Below are positions 26,263 through 36,202 of a stretch of 64,000 bases of DNA, piece after piece. The translations under genes were made by a program, and so were the position numbers. The first letter of the stretch is position 1, and the number at the start of each line of letters is the position of its first letter. This DNA comes from Podarcis erhardii (taxonomy: Eukaryota), in the NCBI GenBank assembly GCA_964252035.1, contig OZ176207.1; one strand, written 5' to 3'. Under the pieces are notes generated by a model. That model ran no database searches. It had not been told where the DNA came from and saw only the letters and a program-made list of their open reading frames with translations.

Positions 26263-26830
26263 TAATTGGATTAAAAAGGCCACAACTTTATTGATTTTCA
26301 GATGTAGGCAAACCTTGGCATAGGCATCAGGCATGTATCCCTCTCATTCCCCTGACGGTAAACTGAGGGATGACAGGGCCTGGCTGGGTGGAAGGGTCCA
26401 TCGCAAAACGCATGTTTACACAAATGGGCCAACCCAAGTGCTAGGGGAAGCTCTGCGGCCCGCTTACCAACTGCTTCTGACTGTATGGACAGAGACTTCC
26501 CCTTAAGACTCCTTTAACAGGGTACCCTGTAAACACCGCTACTGGTGTGTGGGGGGGGTCACTACTCCTCTGGGTGACACTCAGAGGCCGACTGGGCTGC
26601 CAACAGCCCTGTCAGCCCTGTTATATGCCTGGGGTGCGGACCTGAGTGGAGCCTGCAAAGCCCAGGTCACCATGGATAGGCTTAATTCAAATGGGGTTGA
26701 CAGTGCCCACAATGCTCCACAGTGGCCAGGGATGAAATCCCAATGGCTGGGGCCACGTGGCGAGGCTCTAGGGGCAATGGAGGTGCCACGGCAGGCCACA
26801 ACCACCACTTACCGTTAGCTTAGATTGGCG
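26261..26830 (-). mobile_element. LTR-like/Ngaro-like terminal repeat fragment related to 17612-18325
   Basis: Minus strand ends tcaataaagttgtggcctttttaatccaattaacc, versus tcaataaagttgtggccattttcgcccattaacc at 18229. A second block (26508-26535 vs reverse complement of 18009-18036) matches 21/28. Confidence 0.6.
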
Positions 26831-28160
26831 TATTAGGTTAAGCTAAACTTTCACAATATTTCTGCCTATCAAAAAAAGAGACAGCAACATTGACACGACA
26901 AGTCATGACAAGTAGTGGAATGTACACGTTAAAGCATGGGACGTTACATAGCTTACAGTGGAAGAGCAATATGTGGGCAGCAACTAAATACCCCAGGGAG
27001 ACGCACAGACTTAAAATGGTGTCAGAGACCTGCTTTGGGTGCCCCAATGGTAAGAAGTATTGAAATACAAGTTGTAGCTCAGATTATCAAATATTTGCAT
27101 ATTTGTAAAACAAAACCCAAAAAACAAAAACAAAACCCAAGTCTAGTGGCTCTCATATCGACAAAGAGACAAGTGGAGGTTTCTAGATTAGTAAATAGGG
27201 ATTCAGTGTGTAGTAAGGCAGGTAGCAAGTGATGCCAAATGTGAAAACAGCAGCTTGTCTGGAAGCTGCTCTGACAGACGGATGGAATATAGCAGAACCC
27301 ACCTTTCAGGTGTTCCTAAGGAGGCAGTTATAAGTGGTACTGCGTTCTCCACACCTCCCAGTTATAGTGTTGTAATTGATGGTTGTGCCTACTAAGCAGC
27401 CCAGACGAATCTCATTTTGTATAATGAAAGCATCTCCATCTCTTGTTGAAAGTGAGCATTTGTCAATCTTAATTAGTGAGATGTATTGTTATCTCACAGG
27501 TTAAATTTGAGAAAGTCAGAAATAAAAGTATTGGAATCAAGAGACAATTCACCAGTTGAGCTTTCTATACACAAAATCTGGTATTAGCTTTCTTTGCTTT
27601 CTGGTTAGCAGCTGACTCCCAAGTTGAGAGAGGTGTTTATTATGTAGAGCAGCACAAGGACAATGATGATAATTAAAGTGAGCCAACAACTGGAAAGTGT
27701 TTATTTGAATGTGCAAATAATTTAATGTTTATAACCACTAATTTCAGTGCCAGTGCCCATTTCTGTATCTCCTCATAGTTTCCTACTGAGGCAGTCAATC
27801 ATGCAACAAAAGAGTAGACAAATGGACAGGAAAAAATCCTACGCATTAAATATATTATGAAGGATAGATACCTTTGCAACCACCAGAAATACAGTTGCTG
27901 TGTGGTTTACGTACACCTCTGTAAACCTCTGCTTTGTAACTTGCATAGTCTGAACAACCTGACCCCTAAATTGTTATGAGTATGCTGAGCAGCATCTCAG
28001 GCACAAGCAGCACTCGGGACATACAAGATTTTTCCAAGCATCAAAAGGAAGTGTGTAGGCTTAAACTGGAGATGAGCAGGTGGAAACGTCAGACATGCCG
28101 TCTGCCCTCTCCTCTTCCCATGTTGATCAGGAAGGTCTAAAGGGCACCTGGAAAGTGTCG

Positions 28161-28918
28161 ATCACCTTTCCTACCTGGGCAGTTATATTTCCATAAAAGC
28201 CAACATCAATGACGAAATCCAGCATCACATGAGCTCTGCAAGTACAGCTTTCTCTCAATTGAAGCTCAGAGTGTTTGAGGATAGGGACATTTGCAGGGAA
28301 ACCAAAATGCTATTGTACTACCAACTGTACTATACGCTTGTGAAACATTGACTACTTATAAACGCCATCTCCAATTCCTTGAAAGATTCCATCAGTGGTG
28401 TCTCCGAAAAATTTTACACATCACTTGGGAAGGCAGGCGAACTAATGCCAGTATACTGGAAGAAGCAAAGATCACCAGTGTTGAAGCAATGATTCTTCAA
28501 CATTAACTTTGTTGGACTGGTCATGTTGTTCGGATGTCTTGATTATCATCTTCCAAAGTACCTACTCTATTCCCAACTCAAGAATGGAAAGCAAAGTACT
28601 GGTGGACAACAAAAGAGGTTTAAAGACTCTCTCAAGGCAAATCTAAAAAATTGTAACAAAAGCACTGATAACTGGGAAACACTGGCCTCCGAGCACTCCA
28701 ACTGGAGACCAGCCTTTACCAAAGGTGTCATGGGTGTAAAGGAGAAACAAGCTGCAAACCCTCACCGTGATCAACTCCCACATGGAAACCTTATATCCCC
28801 ACTGTGGAAGGGCGTATGGATCCAGAATTGGCCTCCACAGTCACTTACGGACTCACTGTTAAGACTGTGTTCATGGAAGACAATCTTACTCCGCTACGAG
28901 TGATTGCCAAAGAAGAAA
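28161..28918 (+). mobile_element. RTE-clade LINE, 5'-truncated 3' end, degraded
   Basis: Frameshifted pieces read YLGS..INDEIQH / LPTVLYACETLTTYKRHLQFLERFHQWCLRKILHITWE.RRTNASILEEAK / WTGHVVRM / GGQQKRFKDSLKANLK, plus a C-terminal PHCGRAYGSRIGLHSHLRTH zinc-finger-like motif and a gaagaa tail. Confidence 0.9.
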
Positions 28919-29305
28919 GGGCACTTATTGAAAGGCATCCAATGAGACCTTTCCAGCCTTGCTGTGAGAGAAATGCAGTGAGGCAGCAAGCAGGTTTGAG
29001 AGCTTGTAGGAGTTTGGAAAGGTGTGTTACAAAGTGATATTGCCAGGAATACAATAGTGTCAAAGGTGTGTGGAATTGGGCTCCAAAGAAACCAACCTGT
29101 TTTCCAATTTTATTTTATTTTATTGGAAATTAGCTTCATTTGCTGATCACAGCTGAGGGGCATTTGTGTTTGCCAATCAGTAGTTTTCATACGTACTTAT
29201 CAGTGTTCAAACAGAAAGGTGGTGTCTAACCTATTGTGCCATGCATCTTCCCATGGGAGTGTTTGTGGATAGGGAAGATAAAGGTGAAGGTGCATTTGAC
29301 AAGAA

Positions 29306-29326
29306 ACACACACACACACACACACA
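29306..29326 (+). repeat. (AC)n microsatellite
   Basis: Direct reading. Confidence 0.9.
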
Positions 29327-29514
29327 GAAAGAATAAATTGTTATAGGGAAGAGGGAGGGGATTAGTTTTCCATCCATGTCATTGGGTCCTCCCTGCAGAA
29401 AGTGAATGGTGAAATGCATTTTGACAGGAAAGACTTCCTGACTGGAATTGCTTGGAATATTACTTTTCTTCCCCACTGCAGATTTTATACCCTTTTCATA
29501 AAATAAACTACTTA

Positions 29515-29518
<4 letters not shown>

Positions 29519-29577
<59 letters not shown>
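29519..29577 (+). repeat. (TC)n microsatellite, one interruption
   Basis: Direct reading. Confidence 0.95.
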
Positions 29578-29785
29578 CCTGTGGGTGTGCAATGGTTTCC
29601 TACAGCAAAAACTAAAATTTCATACTTCAGACCCACATTTCATATACTATGAGGCATGCACAAAAAAATAAAAAGAAATGGCAGTGTGCTGTTGAGTATG
29701 AAGCTAACATATTCTTCAGCCCTGTCCTATTTTGTATAGAAGTTGTACTTTCTGAGAACATGCTGTATCACAATATAACTAGACA

Positions 29786-30088
29786 CAGGGACGTAGGAAG
29801 GGGGGTGTGGCCCGCCCCGGGTGTCATCCCTGTGGGGATGTCAGAATGGCACACCATGGGGGTGGCACTTACCGCGGGGCCTGGCCTGCAGCACGCCCAA
29901 ACCACACATCTCTGCCGTTTCGGGCAGCCTGGGGCTTGTGTCCGCCAAGCGGACTCTGTGGGCCGCTTGCCGCGCCGCCCCCTTGGGCGGATCGCTGCAG
30001 TGCCCCCGTGCACGGATTGCCCCGCCTCCATGGGCAGATCGCCCTGCCCCCACCACTCCGGGTGCTGGAGCAGCTAGCTACGCCCCTG
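29786..30088. mobile_element. GC-rich non-autonomous hAT element (303 bp)
   Basis: TIR cagggacgtag...ctacgcccctg; 8-bp TSD actagaca/attagaca (7/8); many intact CpGs. Confidence 0.85.
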
Positions 30089-30487
30089 ATTAGACATATA
30101 ACTGACAGATTAGAGCCATGTGTGGCCTTAGGTCAGCATTTTTTTTCCTTTTTCCTTTTGGTGTGCATAATCCATACTGTATAATAAGAACAATCCTAAG
30201 TATAAGAAGCTAGCAGACCTTAAAGTGCTTTAACTTTAACTGGCATAAATTGCCTCATTCCAAACTCTGTCTGGGAACAAGGGCTACTCCTGGCAAAGCT
30301 AGCTTGATCTTGGCAGAGGGAAAGCAAGCATTTAAAATAAGAGTTGGGCGTACACCATCCTTTTTACTATTGTAAGCTCCACTGGGTTGTCATATCACAT
30401 GACCAAGCTGAGCTGAATTTGGATCTAGCATAAGCCTCCCTTCCTGGCCCCATCCCTGCCACTCCTGCTGTATTCCACCATAAGATC

Positions 30488-30558
30488 GTGATTCTGTCAG
30501 CTGAACAGTGTGTCTCTTTCTGAGCTGAACAGTGTCAGCTGAACAGTGATTCTCTTTC
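30488..30558 (+). repeat. Imperfect tandem repeat, 3 x (c/g)agctgaacagtg
   Basis: Copies at 30498, 30522 and 30536; gtgattct and tctctttc also recur. Confidence 0.85.
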
Positions 30559-33223
30559 CGGATGTTGGGCTTATGCTGGTGTAGTCTGGCTGTGCTGGGA
30601 ACTCGATAACTAAGCCGAGTTCTACCAGATCCTAATTCCCTTGTCCATATGGATGTCCGGTTACTGCCCTCTCAGACATTATAGGATTGTGGTCAAGCAG
30701 GAGGCAGATGGATGCCAACAGCAACAACCAAACTTTGCAAACTGCTACTGATCTTGACTCTTTGGTCTGTATCTCCATCATAGACACCATCATTCTGAAC
30801 CAATATAATGCTATTTAAAGAGCAAATAAAATATTCATGGAAATGGTAGTCAGGTTTCTTTTTGGGGATAGTGGTGGGGAAACCTGTCGGAAATGTCCAA
30901 ATGTTCAATTTCTAAAATTATGAGATATTTTTCTATCCAGCTCCCACAAATTATACTTGTTCAGTCTATGTCTACATTTTCTACAATTCTCTTTTTCAGC
31001 TCACAGGTGACTATTGTTTTAATCTTGGAAAGTATCAGTTGTAGAAGAAAAGGGTTATTATTCTATTTATATCTTGTAGCAACAGTACTGTAACAGTTAC
31101 TAACAACATAGTGCTTCAGAGTTGCATGGAGATATTTCAAAATATTATGCAGCAGCAGTTTTGAGCTTAATTGTCTGCAGATGGTGGATAATCTCCTTTC
31201 CTCACTCATTGCCACATATCTAACTGCACCCAGGCTGTTCTGTGTAATTTACAAGCTTTCATATGATTCTTTCACACAATTTTCTGTGGGTTTTTTCTTT
31301 TCTCCACTTCCCAGATGTTATATGCTGGAACTGACCTTTTAAAAGTTGTTTTATTTCCCCACCTTAGCGTAACGTATATAACAAGGTTAATAATTTAGTG
31401 ACAGTTATTTGTAGAATGGGGAGGGGAGAAATGTTAAACAAATAAGACTGTGTTAATAATAATAATTTTAAAATATTTTCTCCATTCTTATGTTCATGAA
31501 AGAATACATGCTTACTATGATCTCATGTAATAAACATTAATCAATATGCAGTCAAATTTAAGGAGCACATGTAATCTGTGGGAGAAGTCGTAACAAGATT
31601 CAATTGGAGCTTCATATTTTGGGATGGTTCTAACCATGACTCTTATGAGTCACTCCTGTATCTGAAGATGCTAATAAGAAGTATCTTATTAGCATGAATA
31701 ATGTGCAGATGACCCTTAAAACAAAACATTTAGCGTCTTTTTAAACCTTTATTTTTATTGATTTTTTTCATGTATATAAATTACAAACAGCCATAAATGA
31801 AACTTCAGTAAAAATCATACACATTGTGATTTAAACAGAAAAAACACAATTAAGAGATTAAGAGATTAAAAGCTAAAATGCTCACAATATACAATGCAAA
31901 TTTAAGGAAATGGCGGGGAAATTCAAGTATTTCATTGCTGACTGTAAAACACCCATTTTATTTTAATATGTTCAGTAAATGGACCCAAGTTTGCACAGAA
32001 GCCATCAGGGTTTGTTAACTCTTTTGTAATCTAATTGGAAAGGTTAATTTCTTCTAACCAAGATGACACCCTAGAAAAAGCAGGGATTTCCACTGTTTAT
32101 CTATCTCCATCCATCCAGGCAGTAAAGGCATGTTATTTTCCCCCATCAGGCTTTCAGTATGAATGTGTGAAGGGGCCCCTAATGCACTAGTCAGCTAGCC
32201 CCACCCCAGAGGCTGGTGTATATGTTGGCTACACATCCCAGTGTTGTGATATCCAGCTAGGGTATACTTAGAGCAGGTCCATTGTAATGAATGAACTTAG
32301 CTCTGTATTGAGTGACTAATGCTGCATATCACCCCAAATCAACAGATTTTTCAGAAATTTATTTGTGGGATAAGTAAGACTGAGATCAGTGAACATGGGT
32401 TAAAGACAAGATAAGTCGAAGCTGGTGCATTCACTCTAGTGGTTTTTTGTTTGTTTGTTCATTTGTTTATTTGAACAAAATGTTGTGCAAAACTCATCAG
32501 GAAGCATCACAGAATATTTAAGGACTGGTTCACATTGCTAAATTCCTCCATGTAGTTGTGAATATCAGGGTGGACTGTGATCCCCTTGTAGGTCTCTGTG
32601 TGATTTGTAATATATTAGCAAGCATTTGATTTCTGATTGTTCAACAATAACAATAAAGTGCCCCCTCCCTATATATAAGGCTGCTAACCTAAAGAAAGGT
32701 TGGGGGGTAACAAAAATCAAATTTCATGTGGAAGAACTGTGAACTCGAAGTCAGTTCTGGTGCTTAAAACAAATTCCTGTATTCAGCAGGTGCTCCGAGT
32801 TCTGTAATTCTATGTCTTTTGCACCTCCTTCCAGTTGATAGATCTTGGGGTTCAAGAGTAAAGCACAAAGTAGAGTCTGATCCTGAAGTCTGACATACTC
32901 TGGTGAATGTAGAACTGAATGCAGAAATTTTAGTCAAGACCAAACATTGCTGGTGGTTAGCCTGTAGCCATTCCTGGTGGTTCTGTTTTTTCCAGCAGCC
33001 ATCATAATATAAATGGCTGCCAGCTCACCTGCACACAGTTAAGTTCACGTTAACTTTTATTCAGATGTGTAAACAATCACATGAAGGAATTTATCAATGT
33101 AAGTCACTCCTAACAATTTTTTCCCTCCCTTTCTTTCTTTAAATTTCTAAGGAATTGAAACAATAACATCTGAACAAGTTGTTTCTTGCTAGCTTAGCTT
33201 CAGTCTGGCTTTTTTTTCCCTCA

Positions 33224-33235
33224 TGCATGCTGACC
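33224..33235 (+). promoter_or_regulatory. RBFOX motif TGCATG abutting the predicted branch point of the 75-nt exon
   Basis: tgcatg at 33224-29 overlaps gctgacc (branch A 33233, -25). Confidence 0.5.
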
Positions 33236-33257
33236 TGGAAATCTTCCTTTGCCTTAG

Positions 33258-33332
33258 CTGCGATAATCGTGACTCAGCTTACAACACCATACATTCGCAT
33301 CGCCCCTGCTGCAGGCGACGACCAACTAACAG
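33258..33332 (+). CDS. PTPRM: PTPRM alternative cassette exon (75 nt, extracellular stalk insert): (A)AIIVTQLTTPYIRIAPAAGDDQLT(G)
   Basis: Branch-point-like gctgacc (33229-35), cttcctttgccttag acceptor and weak AG|gtcaga donor. Symmetric phase 1-1, multiple of 3, no stop, 6 CpGs in 75 nt against a CpG-poor intron. Same position as the alternatively spliced exon 14 of type IIB RPTPs. Confidence 0.85.
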
Positions 33333-36066
33333 GTCAGACACTCAAGTATAGACAAGTCATCTTACCCATTTCCATCTCGCTTTTTGGGCTTGTTTTCCTC
33401 CACATTCTCATCATTCTTTGCTTGTAGCTGGTTTACCACAATGTAGACCTTTTTGAGGTTCAGCTCTACATTTGTTTAGCAATTTGCTGGATACCAAATG
33501 TTTGGCACCTATATCCAAGAGTGCCAAACAAATTCGCTGCATGTTTCATTTGTGTGTTTGAGCAATGGGATCATCCCTTTTGAGCCTAATGTCACAAATA
33601 CTTTGTCTGTCCTAACATTCCAGCAGCTAACATATTGTTCAGGATTCAATTATATACACAAAGTATTCAGATGTATAATTTTTTTTCTGAATTTTTGTAA
33701 CAAGGCACATGAATAGTAAACAAACATCTACGTTATGAATTCTAGGATCGGGCAACATTTTCTCACATGAAAAGTTTTTTTTTAATTCCACTAACAGCCT
33801 GAATGTAGAGTTAATGTACTATTAAACATACATAGAATTAAATAAAAAAACATTTACATCCATATTCTAAAAAGAAAATGGTAGACTGAAATTTCAATCT
33901 ACATATTTTAAACTTACATAAATTAATTTTACTGGAAGTTTCTCTTGTTGAGAATTTAACAAAAGAAATAATATAAAATAAATTTAAAACTTGTCTCTAA
34001 CGGACTAGAGATGGATAACCTGTGGCTTTCCAAGTTTTGTTTGACTATAGTTAACATTGCACTGGCAAGGGTTGATGGGAGTTTGATTTCAACATCCATT
34101 GCGCCACATATTCCTACCCCTATTGTATTCAACAAAAATTCACAGATGTTTGTGAGAATTGCAAGGTGCTGCATTCTCAGGGATAAAAAGTTTGTTCAAT
34201 GGGGATGTAATGTTCCTATTCCCTTATTTATATGGAGTGTTCTACCCCATGGTGACCGATATTCATGGAATCCATGTATCCACAGTTTCCAAATAACTTG
34301 TGCATGAACATCCATACATTCTTCTTTCTGAAAAATCTGATGGTGCTTCTTAGTGCTTTCTTGGGAAACAAATTGCACAACCAACTGCCAGTCTTGGAAA
34401 GTTTGATGATAATTAAAATCATCTAGTTCCTACAGAAATGTTGCAAAGAATTTTCAAACTGACAACATGTTCTCCCCATCTCTGCAACAAGTCCCAGTGA
34501 GTCCATTCATTGAAGAAGTGAAGTTCGTAAGGAATTTAGGGCCCCTTGTCAGTTTACATCTACTGTGAACAGGCTTTTCCAGTTTAACAAGCCCTTTTGC
34601 AGCAGGGACTAGATAGGGCATATCTTTGCTTAGATTTGAAAAGTTGTGCAAAAGCTGCAAAGCCTATTCACTACAGCAGTGAAACAGATAATGGGTTTAA
34701 AACCCCATGTCAGTATTGCATCTATGGTTAAAATGTTTCTCTAGACTTGCTGCCAGGCTTGGGAAGAAGCTTGTCGTTTTCAGCACTGCTTGTTGCAGCC
34801 TTTGTACAAAATCTTTGCTAGGTAATGCATGTCCAACTACATCTAATCCCCCCCCCCTCTGAGAAGCTTTAACAAGAGTTTATGTATCCAGTTGTCAATA
34901 TTTCCCTCCTTGATGGAATTGAGCGTGGGGGTGATTGAAGATATGTAAGGCCAATGGGATACATATCCTCACCTGCAGAACTACATTATTCACAACAGAA
35001 ATAAAACATGGTAGATTACCACAACATTTCTAGTTGAACCACAATATCTCCAGTTCTTTGGAATATAAAATATGCTGCACTGCAAGACAGGCGCTAGACC
35101 TGTCCCTTCATTATACTTAACACCTCCAAAATTGTCAGTATTACATAAAGTGAATCTCAATATTTATATTAAGAACAGCAGAGAAATGTATTCATTTGCT
35201 TGGTATGTGGAGATATTCACTTGTTGGTTTGTAAAACGTGGTTTTCGTTGTGGTATTTTTGTGCTAAAGAAGTAATAAAATGCTGGTTTGGATAAGACGC
35301 CAGTTGATTCTTACACCCTTTACGCATCACATATTTTGGATCAAATAAAACATGGTATCCCCCTGATTTAAAGCAAAAAATAAAATGGTACTATCCTTGG
35401 GGTGTTCCATTGCCAGGTGGAAAGTCTAACCTGCCCTACCACAGTGCTTCTGCAAACCCTGTGCATTCCCCATAAAATGCTCTGTCTGCAAGTAGCATGC
35501 GAGGCTACTCTTCCTTTCAGCAAATCTTTTCCCCTCTTGTATTTTAAAATAGTGAATTTTCTGCTTGAAGAGGCAGACAGTAGTTGCTAAGCACCTTTAG
35601 TGAAACATGATCTAAATTAGTACCACACGGTTTGTTGCTGAGGCAGCTCTCCAGCTCTGTCAGCTAAACAGATGAATGGTTAGCTGAAACTAGCAGAATT
35701 GATTAACAAATGCATATATAATATCTCTGAGAATGAATCCAAAATCCACATGTTTTTGCAGTAACAGCTTTACATTTTTCTTGTAAGTGACAGCAGACTT
35801 GAAACCACTAACTCACAAGTGATGTATAATATTTGCCTGGACTTTCCTTGTGTTAATAATGTATGCTTTAGTTAGGCAACATCACCCATTATCCAGCTAA
35901 ACCAAAGAGCTGAAGTATATAGTACTATTGACATCTGTAGAATCTACTCATCTGTTGTATCATGAGAATCACTTTTGTCATTGTTACTCAAGATAGTTTG
36001 GGGATGATCTACCCTACATGGTGATAAATGATGATTTTATTTCTTGTATATTCATTCCATGTATAA

Positions 36067-36202
36067 CAGTGATGACCAAACTTGGCCCTCCAGCTGTTTT
36101 GGGACTACAACTCCCATCATCCCTAGCTAACAGGACCAGTGGTCAGGGATGATGGGAATTGTAGTCCCAAAACAGCTGGAGGGCCAAGTTTGGCCGTCAC
36201 TG
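36067..36202. mobile_element. Full-length palindromic hAT MITE (136 bp)
   Basis: Near-perfect inverted arms (cagtgatgaccaaacttggccctccagctgttttgggactacaa / ttgtagtcccaaaacagctggagggccaagtttggccgtcactg); perfect 8-bp TSD atgtataa. Confidence 0.95.

Noticed and set aside
29649-30184. Cluster of overlapping ORFs up to 142 aa
   Set aside because: By-product of the GC-rich non-autonomous hAT element (stop codons are rare in GC-rich DNA).
31740-32000. Possible L1 3' remnant on the minus strand
   Set aside because: Only a vague W/PF-like motif and a T-rich tail.
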